Shown piece by piece: positions 45,503-55,000 of a DNA stretch of 57,730 bases. Source of the stretch: a virus (lineage: Duplodnaviria; Caudoviricetes); IMG/VR virus record IMGVR_UViG_3300032328_001114, positions 1 through 57,730 of that record; one strand, 5' to 3'. The translations under genes were made by a program, and so were the position numbers. Below the pieces are notes generated by a model that ran no database searches, was not told the origin of the DNA, and saw only the letters and a list, made by a program, of their open reading frames with translations. Position 1 is the first letter of the stretch. Each line of letters opens with the position of its first letter.

Positions 45503-46387
45503 ATGCTTATATTCGAGCTAGAGCGCGAATATGTGGGTAAAGATGGTGCAAGGAAAGAAACTTGCACCATTTACGCCCCAGAAACCGCCGAAGAAATCAC
45601 CTTGAAAGACTTCGTAGATTATAATCTGACCATGCAATCCGAAGCCCCAGAAGCACTAAAAGAAGCTATTAGTGCAGAAACTGAGGAAGAAAAGAATGAA
45701 CTCATAGCTAATTGGACGGCCATCGACTGGCAGGATTACTATATTTTTATTGGGAAAGTTGTATCTACAGTTATTTACATGCAAAAGGGCGACAAAAAAG
45801 TAAAGGGCGACATGTTGACATTGCTCAGCATGAAAAAAGGCAGCCCAATGCCAGACGTAGAGAGTGAAGCGGACAGCCTGTTTGCGCTTTACTCGATGAT
45901 AAACCAGATAATTGCTAGCTACGAGCCGAAAGAAACCGAGTTCTTTATTCACAAGGGCAAGCGTTTCAAGATGCCCGACAAGTTTATAGATAACTATGAG
46001 CGCACTATGTACGCGCCGAATATATCAACGATTGAAGCGATTGAAGCCCTACAAATTGAGCATGTATTCAGCGCTAAGAGCAAAGAAGGCGAGTTTTTTT
46101 ATAAAGACCGATACTATCACACAGACCTCGGAGTGATGGCAGCGATATGCAGAGAAGTAAACGAGGCAGGAGAAGTAATAGAGCAGCTCCCACTTGACAT
46201 GCACCAAAGAAACAAATTCATTCAGAATAGGATGAAGTTTTTTGAAGATATATCTATGAGCGTCGGTCGGGATGTAGATTTTTTTTTGCAAACTTCAAAG
46301 AAAACTTTACTGCGCACCCATCAGCTGGGGCAGCGTTTAAGAACTTTAACAGTAATATTCGAGGCTCGAAGGGCGCTAAGGAAGTAA
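45503..46387 (+). CDS. Tail assembly chaperone (short form)
   Basis: EEITLKDF N-terminal motif; DFF slippery T9 at 46279-46287. Confidence 0.7.
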   Translation: MLIFELEREYVGKDGARKETCTIYAPETAEEITLKDFVDYNLTMQSEAPEALKEAISAETEEEKNELIANWTAIDWQDYYIFIGKVVSTVIYMQKGDKKVKGDMLTLLSMKKGSPMPDVESEADSLFALYSMINQIIASYEPKETEFFIHKGKRFKMPDKFIDNYERTMYAPNISTIEAIEALQIEHVFSAKSKEGEFFYKDRYYHTDLGVMAAICREVNEAGEVIEQLPLDMHQRNKFIQNRMKFFEDISMSVGRDVDFFLQTSKKTLLRTHQLGQRLRTLTVIFEARRALRK

Positions 46388-46560
46388 ATGAATTTTGGGG
46401 ATGGTACGCACTGCTTGTTCAAATAGCAGAAAGTAAACAGTTTCACATGCCCGACCATACACCGATGCAGTCAGCCATGCTATGCAACTTTTGGGAGGCA
46501 CTTGTTTATATCGGATTTTTAAATCACAGCTCGGGAGTGGCAAATAATCAAAACAAATAA
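45503..46560 (+). CDS. Tail assembly chaperone, -1 frameshift (long) form
   Basis: The -1 frame after T9 is open for 90 codons (…EFWGWYALL…) and ends at a TAA overlapping the next ATG. Confidence 0.75.
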
Positions 46561-47336
46561 TGGCAAAGCTCAGCACATTGGATTTTTTTAAAATCCTATA
46601 CACCATCACTAGGAACTACCCGCAAACTTTCTACTCAGAAAGCGCAAACATTCAAAAGGAATTGACCCACAAGCGAACCAACACCTTTGCTGTGGTCTAT
46701 AAGCAGTCGCAAATCAATGCGGACAATATCGAGAAAGACACCCGATACAAGGACAAAGACCTATTCTATTCTCGCCATTGGGAGGAACTACAGCAGCATC
46801 CGAGCGAAATAAAGTTCTACTACCCTGCGCTATTGGTTGCAGAGGGCGCTACCACCTTCGAGAAAGCTTTCGACCAAGGATACGATGAGCGCATAGTTTT
46901 TAATTTGATGCTGTTTGACAAGATGCCAGACAAGCAGGTTGACATGTCCAATGAATACCCGGGCAAAATGAGGACCTTTGAGGAGATTGGAGAAGATTTG
47001 AAGGAGATAATGCAAAACATTATGTTTCAGTTAGCCGATTATTCCTATTTTACCATAACAGATAACCTTAGCAATACTTTTGAAGGTTGGTATCCTACAA
47101 GTTGGGTAGAGGCCAAAAAAGCTAGCGGAGACTTTGTTTCTTATAACACTTTGGGCAATCTAATAGACCATCTTGGGGATGGGGTAAGCGCGAGTAAGAT
47201 ATTCTCCGCCTTTTCGGATGACCTTGTAGGTTATTTTGCGAATGTGAACGTTACGATGTTGTCTTGCGATAAAAAAGAGTTCACATATCCAAATTTGACC
47301 ACTGGTATAAATTCGGTACCTGATAGTTCGGTTTAG
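46560..47336 (+). CDS. Tail terminator/completion-like protein
   Basis: YPALLV...FNLMLFD pattern; gene position. Confidence 0.55.
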   Translation: MAKLSTLDFFKILYTITRNYPQTFYSESANIQKELTHKRTNTFAVVYKQSQINADNIEKDTRYKDKDLFYSRHWEELQQHPSEIKFYYPALLVAEGATTFEKAFDQGYDERIVFNLMLFDKMPDKQVDMSNEYPGKMRTFEEIGEDLKEIMQNIMFQLADYSYFTITDNLSNTFEGWYPTSWVEAKKASGDFVSYNTLGNLIDHLGDGVSASKIFSAFSDDLVGYFANVNVTMLSCDKKEFTYPNLTTGINSVPDSSV

Positions 47337-47616
47337 GGGTGTTCAGTTTCCTGAACTGTATAAATAGGGTGTTCACTTTTCTGAACTGTGGGTGTTCGGA
47401 ATATTGAACGGGGGTGTTCGGAAAGTTGAACACGATAAGTATATATAAGATAAGTATAGATAAGTTATACTTATTAATTTTTAAAAAGGGAAATTTTGGT
47501 TAGGTGTTCAGAAAAGCGAACACCCTATTTATAAATATTTGAGGTGTTCAACTTTCCGAACACCTAAGCGAACACTAAGCTCAAAATATTGGGGGTGTTC
47601 TGAAAAGTGAACACCT
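47336..47616. repeat. Iteron-like array C: seven GTTC-N8-GAAC palindromes around an AT-rich tract
   Basis: Cores start at 47341, 47371, 47394, 47416, 47506, 47546 and 47597; AT-rich 47435-47497. Confidence 0.9.
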
Positions 47617-47620
47617 GAAC

Positions 47621-48157
47621 ATGGAAGATTTTGAAAAGCTACTCGATGAACTCTCAGAGAAATTTAAAGGAAAACTAATCGACAGATTAGAAACCGATGG
47701 ACGACGTGCATCGGGTGACCTCATACGATCGGTTAGCCATGTGGTTACTAAAATCTTCTTCGGTGTGCAATCCGAAATACTTTGGTTGCAGTATGGGGGA
47801 GTTTTTGAAACAGGAGTACCGGCTGCCAATATTCCATTCGCAGGAACGAACCGAAACAGTGGAGGCGGTGGAATATCGAAATACATTCAGGGCTTAGTAA
47901 ATTGGATAAACATAAAGGGCTTTTTGACAGGCTTAGATAAAAATCCCTTATCAATTGCTTTCGCCATAGCACACAAACATAAGGAACGCGGCATGCCATT
48001 GGACGGAAACATCAACGTCATGACTGATACAATCAACGAATTTATTCCTTACCTTGAGCAACAAATAGACCAGGAAACAGAGCGCATTATCTATGCGCAA
48101 ATAGATAGCCTGATTGCAGACATGTCAAAAACATTTTCAAACATAGAAGAATTATGA
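47621..48157 (+). CDS. Neck/tail completion protein (HK97 gp10-like)
   Basis: ASGDLIRSV, YG.V.E.G, L..WI..KG, AFAIAHK...G. Confidence 0.7.
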   Translation: MEDFEKLLDELSEKFKGKLIDRLETDGRRASGDLIRSVSHVVTKIFFGVQSEILWLQYGGVFETGVPAANIPFAGTNRNSGGGGISKYIQGLVNWINIKGFLTGLDKNPLSIAFAIAHKHKERGMPLDGNINVMTDTINEFIPYLEQQIDQETERIIYAQIDSLIADMSKTFSNIEEL

Positions 48158-48375
48158 CGAGAGAACAGATTGAAGAATTAGCCGCCGCCGCATTGGTAGC
48201 AGCTGAAGCATACAAAGAAGCTATTGAGGCGCTGATTGCGGGCTATCCCGAAACAGCGGGCAAGATTGTTGTAGAGATTGTGCCTATAAGCTTTACTGCT
48301 GTCCTTGCACCCGCTGAGGGCTTTGAGGAAGTGTACCCTTCATTGATACAAACTTTCGGATTTCAAAACGGCTAA
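48154..48375 (+). CDS. Small hypothetical protein
   Basis: 73 aa, ATGA coupling. Confidence 0.6.
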   Translation: MTREQIEELAAAALVAAEAYKEAIEALIAGYPETAGKIVVEIVPISFTAVLAPAEGFEEVYPSLIQTFGFQNG

Positions 48376-48378
48376 CCA

Positions 48379-49737
48379 ATGGCAAATATTCAGTACATTT
48401 TTACTCCCGATGTTATGCCTCCTGGGTTATTTGCCTTGGGCAAGGCTTATAACAGGCAAGTGATGGAGTTTGGAGTGGTTGCGCAGACATTGCCCGACAT
48501 TTCGCTCGTTATTGCGGAGCCTTATCCGCCAATTATCGAAGTGCGTAGGTACCGCGTGGACCTACCAGCAACGCTTGTGGAGATATTGCCGCGCCTTTTT
48601 GTTCGGCATACCTTTGTCGAAGCAAGCGCGCTACCCTACTCACAGCGCTTTGTCTTTAGAATAAATACTGAAGACATTCAGATTAAGAACTTTGATAACG
48701 ACGATGTATTTGGCGATTTGGGACAAGATATTGCCGAACGTGGGCCATCGGCACACTTTCGTTATGAATTTATCTTGTGGGACTCGTCAAACATCTTAGC
48801 GCGTCCAAATCCTAATAAGTTACTTGCAGCTAGAACAGACCTCACGCCTACTGGGCTTGTAAATGTGTTTTCTGTCAATGCGCGCTTTCAACTTTCCTAC
48901 GACATCACATTGCAGGACTTTGTCAGTTACTCAACCGCTCGCAGAGCTTTGACTAATAAGCCTAAAAACCGCGTTGTGTGCTTAGAAGATTCTGAATTCC
49001 TAACTATGTGCATGCTGTTCGGCTTTAATGCTGTGCGGGTCAATGTGTACAACTCTATCGGTATATTGGTAGATAGGGGCATTATGGATATTACAGCTAT
49101 GGGCGGAGCAATACAAGAAACGACGCGCGTAGGAGTAGGTCCGGCTAACATCAATTCTATGACCATTGGTAATTGGTTCCCTGATACGGTTGGCGTTCCT
49201 TGGACGACCACTCCAAGCATTTCACAAGGTCAGTTCTATGATATTACTTTTGGAGTGTTCAATCCATCCACTTTTGACCTGCTCAATGTGCCTGGTCTGC
49301 GCCCTAGCGAAACCTACAGATTCCACACAAAGAAATGTAGTTGCAAAGTGAAGTACCGAATCCATTTCTTGAATGAGTTTGGTTGTGACGATGCAATAAC
49401 ATTTGAAGAAAACGAAGTAATTCGATACAACACTTCAGACGAATTCTTTGAGCGCAACTTGCCCGCGATTTTCACACCGCAAGACAGAAGTAGAATTCAG
49501 CTTTTAAAGCAAGCTGACGAGATTATCACGCTTGAAAAGAACAACCTTACCAAGGCGCAAGTGCTTTGGCTTAAAGAGCTGCTATTATCTCCCAACATTT
49601 TTGTAGAAGTCGGCAATCGATTGTTCGCTTACTACATAGATTCTGGCGATACAACAATCATCGACACTGAAGGAACGAACAATAGCATAGAGATAACGCT
49701 CTATGCATCCACACAAGAAATGTCACAAAGAAATTAG
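48379..49737 (+). CDS. Tail (distal tail-like) structural protein
   Basis: FLNEFGCDDAITF and WLKELLLSP motifs of Bacteroidota-phage tail proteins. Confidence 0.7.
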   Translation: MANIQYIFTPDVMPPGLFALGKAYNRQVMEFGVVAQTLPDISLVIAEPYPPIIEVRRYRVDLPATLVEILPRLFVRHTFVEASALPYSQRFVFRINTEDIQIKNFDNDDVFGDLGQDIAERGPSAHFRYEFILWDSSNILARPNPNKLLAARTDLTPTGLVNVFSVNARFQLSYDITLQDFVSYSTARRALTNKPKNRVVCLEDSEFLTMCMLFGFNAVRVNVYNSIGILVDRGIMDITAMGGAIQETTRVGVGPANINSMTIGNWFPDTVGVPWTTTPSISQGQFYDITFGVFNPSTFDLLNVPGLRPSETYRFHTKKCSCKVKYRIHFLNEFGCDDAITFEENEVIRYNTSDEFFERNLPAIFTPQDRSRIQLLKQADEIITLEKNNLTKAQVLWLKELLLSPNIFVEVGNRLFAYYIDSGDTTIIDTEGTNNSIEITLYASTQEMSQRN

Positions 49738-49740
49738 GTC

Positions 49741-52038
49741 ATGGCAATAGTATCAGCGCAAATATTCATAGATGGTCAAGAAACGGACTATGAGAACATC
49801 ACATCACTGCCTTTGCAATTCAACAAGCAGGTGGATGATGTTCTGAATGTGGTCGGAGCAATTGGTTTGGAGATAAACCAAATTGCTTCAAGCCTTGTGT
49901 TTCCTGCTACAAAGCGCAATGAGGCTATATTCAACCAAATAAACAGCTGGCAAACGCTCAATAACTCCATTCTCGGACTGGTTGGTGTGAGTATTCAGGT
50001 GGATGGGCAAGTGGCATACACGGGCAGCGGGTATATATCACTCATAACTGCGAGCGGCAGAAGCCCAAAAAAGTACAGTCTTACCATACTTTCGGACGTA
50101 AATGATATATTTCCACTGCTTGAAGACACCCTTTTAACCGACTTACCGCTGCTCAATCAGCCAACAAACTATGCAGCAATCGTCCAAAGTTGGACTTTGC
50201 CCAATGCTATTTGTGTTATGCCGCCAATTTTCTACGGTTCTATTGGTCCCGACAGAAGATACCCTAATGGCTATGATGGGGGCAGGGATATAGATTCGCC
50301 TTTCTCTAATTTTTACGTCCAAGACTTACGCCCACATGTAAAAATTTGGTGGATTATTAAGCGCCTGTTTGAGAATTATCTAGGATTTACAATCTCATCC
50401 GAGATTTACGAGTCGGACTATTTCCGCCAGTGGTGCTACATGTTTGGCGTTGGCAACGATTGGAAGCGAACGGACAACATATCAAATATGAGACTCAGTG
50501 TGTACGGGGGCGGAACTACCCTAACAAGGATAGCCGGCACACCTGAGTTTATGGATATACTCATGCCAGCGATACCATTTGATGGTAATTTGCCATTTTC
50601 GCAATGGGGTTGGAATACTACATTCTATCCATCACTTTCCGATGGATGGCACTACTTTGAATTTTTGGTTACTTCACCGCAAACGGATTTTAGTATTCGC
50701 ATTACAATAATAATAACCGACCCAACAAATTTAACTACCATAGAAGAAGAATATGGGACATTCAATGTAAACGAGGTTTATACTACTGACCCAATATATT
50801 TTAATAGACAGAATGGCATCACGCAATTAAAGCTACAAGTTGAACTGCCTACTGTTGGAGATTCTTTTTATTACATCTATGCAGGTTTAAAATCTTACAT
50901 GATGGACATAGGTAGCATGGGCTCTCCTATCTCAATAGCCTCATGCCTGCATGGCAACAAAGTATCAGATTTTTTACTAGGAGTATTGCACCCAATTTCA
51001 GGTGTGCTATCGGTGGATATGGTGACGAGAACGGTATATATGGAGAATAGATTCCAGGGCCCACAGCTCACACCGCAATCTGGTTATCCAGTTGGCAACG
51101 CTTGGTATAAATTCCCTGTTGAGGATTCTAATAACTTATTCCTGTCAGAGCTAGGGGCAAATCAAGATGCTATTACTGAGCGCCACTCCTACGACTTTGG
51201 CGATGACCTTACGCTAGGATATAAAAGCAGCTCCGATCCATTACTCAAAGCTTATGAAGATGCAAATACATCTGGGCTGAAATTTGGCGATGCAAAGTTT
51301 TCATTTGAGCGAACTACGAAGCCCGGAAAGGTAGTTAGAAATCCTTACTTTGAGGAAATGGTAAATTACGGAGAGGCATATCCAGCAGCATCTAATTCAA
51401 GTTTAATAATCGGCTCAATATTGGCGGAGGAACCATCCGATAACGGCCAAGAAATTTATAAGCTGCCCGAAAGAACTTTCACTTCTGACCCAAAGCTAGC
51501 GTATTACCATGGCATTTTAAGTGTGCCTAATGCTACGTCTATCTTTTGGTGGAAGTTTGCGCTATCATTGGGTGCGCCTTATTTGGTATCTGTTCCATTG
51601 ATGTACACTAGATTCCCAAATATTACATTGGCATCACCGGGTGACCCTGCTATTTTGCCTAATGGATTCCCTAGGCCTAACCTTTGCTACTGCGATTTGA
51701 CCTATTCGGGCGTGGTAAATTACGGCTTTTTGCGCCGATTTTATCTTGAATACCTTGCAATTATGAACGAAGGGCGAAAGGTAGAAGTTGAAACATTGGT
51801 TAATTACGACGAATTTAAGGCCGAAAACTTTAGAAATATCCGCAGAGTTAGTAAATTTAGAGAGAGTATGCAGGTTCTTATCTTCGAGTATAGCAACTTT
51901 GAACCTCTTAAATCTCGAAAACTCAGTGCAACTGGGCTAGTTGTGAAGATGCCGACACAAAAAGATTTGGATGCAATATCACAAAACAGTACTAATTTCA
52001 CTTATATCAGAACGCTAAGAAACACCCTACCATTCTAA
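49741..52038 (+). CDS. Tail tip / baseplate hub-like protein
   Basis: 765 aa; SLVFPATKRNEAIF and DLRPHVKI..II patterns. Confidence 0.7.
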   Translation: MAIVSAQIFIDGQETDYENITSLPLQFNKQVDDVLNVVGAIGLEINQIASSLVFPATKRNEAIFNQINSWQTLNNSILGLVGVSIQVDGQVAYTGSGYISLITASGRSPKKYSLTILSDVNDIFPLLEDTLLTDLPLLNQPTNYAAIVQSWTLPNAICVMPPIFYGSIGPDRRYPNGYDGGRDIDSPFSNFYVQDLRPHVKIWWIIKRLFENYLGFTISSEIYESDYFRQWCYMFGVGNDWKRTDNISNMRLSVYGGGTTLTRIAGTPEFMDILMPAIPFDGNLPFSQWGWNTTFYPSLSDGWHYFEFLVTSPQTDFSIRITIIITDPTNLTTIEEEYGTFNVNEVYTTDPIYFNRQNGITQLKLQVELPTVGDSFYYIYAGLKSYMMDIGSMGSPISIASCLHGNKVSDFLLGVLHPISGVLSVDMVTRTVYMENRFQGPQLTPQSGYPVGNAWYKFPVEDSNNLFLSELGANQDAITERHSYDFGDDLTLGYKSSSDPLLKAYEDANTSGLKFGDAKFSFERTTKPGKVVRNPYFEEMVNYGEAYPAASNSSLIIGSILAEEPSDNGQEIYKLPERTFTSDPKLAYYHGILSVPNATSIFWWKFALSLGAPYLVSVPLMYTRFPNITLASPGDPAILPNGFPRPNLCYCDLTYSGVVNYGFLRRFYLEYLAIMNEGRKVEVETLVNYDEFKAENFRNIRRVSKFRESMQVLIFEYSNFEPLKSRKLSATGLVVKMPTQKDLDAISQNSTNFTYIRTLRNTLPF

Positions 52039-52039
52039 C

Positions 52040-55000
52040 ATGGCTGAAAAAGTAGTTGGGTTTAAGATAACCCTATCCGGAACAGAAAAAACCTTTGAAA
52101 ATATTTCCTCTCTAAAGGATGAAATCAAGAAGGTGAACGATGAATTGAGCAAAGCTACCAAAGGCAGCGAGGAGTACGATAAGTTATCTCAGGAGGCTGC
52201 CGTGCTGAAAACGGAACTAAACGGCGTAAACAAAGAGCTGAAAGACCAACAAAAAGCTTTCGAGGCTACCAAGTTTGCGGCTGGAAGTTACAAAGCGCTG
52301 AATGCTGAACTCGGCCAACTCAAAAATGCTTACAAGGAATTGTCATCAGAGGAAATTAAGAACGGCAAAATCACGGACGAGAACGTAAAAAAGTACGGCC
52401 TTGCTTCTAACTCTGTTGAATCCCTGCAAAAGAAGATAAACGGCTTATCAAATGAGCTGAAAGCCCAAGACAAAGGCTTGGGCGACAGTCAGCGAAATGT
52501 CGGTAACTATGCCAGCGCCTTTGAGGGCTTTGGCGGTGCCATCGGCAAAGTTGCGGGCAGCCTTGGCGGTGGCTTTGCTATCTTTGCAGGTGTTGAGGCC
52601 ATCGGTGCCATTGCCCAAGAGATTAAGGCAACCACCGACGAGATTTTTAAGCTTCAGGGACAAATCCAATCACTGAATCCCAACCTACCAACCGCAGAGG
52701 TGGACGAGTTTGCCGCGCGCATCACTGCCATATCATCAACTTTCGAGAAAGAAAACACAGAAGTATTACAAGCTGCTAACTCCTTCAGTAAACAGTTTGG
52801 AGTTTCACTTACTGAAGCTACGGACCTTATCGAAAAAGGATTGGTTGGAGGCTTAGATGCCAATGGTGATTTCTTGGATATCCTCAAAGAGTACCCCGTT
52901 CAGTTCAAGCAAGCAGGCTTTAGTGCGGATGCTTTCCTATCTGTGATTAACAAAACGATTGACCAAGGCGTTTTCTCGGACAAGGGTATAGATTTGGTAA
53001 AAGAGTTCTCACTTCGCATACAGGAAGGCTCACAGGGCGCTAAGGATTCTCTTAGTAATGCCTTTGGACCACAATTCACTGATAAGCTTTTTAAGGGCAT
53101 AAACGATGGTAGTATTACCGTTCAAGATGCGCTCGCCCAAGTATCAACCAAGCTCAACGATACACAACTACCTGCAAGCGAATTGCAGTCGGTTATAAGT
53201 AACGTTTTCGGAGCACAGGGTGAAGATGTGGGCATCGACTTTATCAAGTCACTAAAGGATATCAACTCTACGACAGGCGAGCTTATTGATACAGACAACA
53301 GGTATCAACAACAACAGCTCGCGATACTTGAAGCCAACAAAGGATTGGCGCAGTCACAGGTGGAGCTTACGAATCTTGTTTCGGGTGGTAGTTCAAAGTT
53401 TCAAGAGCTTGGAATCATCCTACAAAAATTCGTCTATGACTTGATAATAAGAATCATAGAGATTTTCACGCCATTGGTTACTGCCTTTCAGAACGCAGGC
53501 CGTGCCGTTGGTGAGCTTATCGGGTCACTTGGCATATTCAACAACGAAGGCGGCGAGTCATTCAGCGTAATAGACCTTATCACGGGCAGTATGAAAGTGT
53601 TTGCCGATGTGCTTACATTTGTGGTTGATGGGATTACATGGCTAATCGATGGGCTTGTATGGCTCGGCAAAGAAGTGCCGGCAGTCGGGGCAGCTTTTGA
53701 GTTCATTGGCGATGTCATCGGGGGTATATTTGAATTCTTTACCAATCTGCCTTCTGTTTTTGCAGGGGTTGTATCAGCTATCAAGCAACTGGGTACAAAC
53801 TTCTCCAATTTCTTTCAAGACTTGTACCTGCAAGCTAAGATATTCGGTCAAAACGTAAAAGGTGCATTCGGTGCCGATGTAGAAGCCGCTATCAATGATT
53901 TGAAAGCTCAGAGGGCAGCCCTGAAGGATGCAAGTAAAAGCATTGGCCAAGCTTATAGTGATGGGTACAGCGAATCAATCAAGCAAATAGAAGCAGTCCG
54001 CAAGGCTGACAAGGAAGCGCAGAAGAAAGCAAACAAGGAATCGGTAAAAGATACCAAGGATGCAGAGAGCGAGCGCACCAAGATATTGCAAAAGTCGGCA
54101 GAGGATAGAAAGAAACTAGCCGAGGATGCCAAGAAAGCGGCCGAGAACATCGAGCAGCTGAAGCTAGAGCTTATCGACAATGAGTTTGACAGAGAGATTG
54201 CCAAGCTTACCAAGGCATCGGTCGATAAGATAAAAGCTTTGGCAGGTTCTGCAGAACAGGTCAAGCAGCAAACGGCGCTTATCAATACGCTGTTGGATCA
54301 ACAAATTGCAGGGGTCGAAAAGAAAAGACAAGAGTCAATCGACAAGCAAAAGGAACAGGTTGCCAAGGCATCGCAGGAAGTTGCCAAGCTTATTGCGGAC
54401 CAACAACTTAAAACCAATGACGCACTGTTTAAAGCAGACCAGGGCGAGGGGCAGCGCCTTGTTCAACGCATCGACTTTGAGATTCAGATAAATGAGCAGC
54501 AGCTTCAGCTCGACATAGCACAGCAAAAACAATTGTTGCTTGAGCAGTTGAACTCAAGAGAAATCTCTGTCCGGGAATATAACCAAAAAACAGAGGAGTT
54601 GGAAGCCGAAGCCTCAGAGCGCACACTCGAAATCTTAAAACAAAGACTAGAGCAGGAGAAGATGTCAACAATTGTGGCGAACTCCAACAAGATTGCGCAG
54701 CTTCAGTTCAATATCTCTCAGCAAAAGTCTATACTTGAGCAACAGGCCATCGAACAGGATGCAAAGTTAAAAGCTCAACTCGATAATGGACTCATTACAG
54801 AGGAGCAGTACGAAGCCGCGAGGGTTGCCATCCGCCAAAATGCTAACGCACAAATTGCCCTACTCGACCAACAGTTTACCGACGAGCAGTCGATAATGAT
54901 GGAGGAAACGGCGATAAGTAGCATTGAAGCACAACAGCGATTGGCTGACCAACAAATAGCTATTGATGCTCAAAAGAATGAAACACTAAGAGCGCAAAAC

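Noticed and set aside
3461-47612. Link between the GTTC/GAAC cores and Dnd phosphorothioate consensus sites
   Set aside because: The tetramer match is suggestive given the DndC-fold genes, but fixed N8 spacing and clustering fit protein-binding palindromes, and nothing in the sequence ties them to modification.
47336-47616. CRISPR array or mini-array
   Set aside because: Units are degenerate 16-20-bp palindromes with variable centres and irregular short gaps, not identical repeats with ~30-40-nt spacers; no cas genes.
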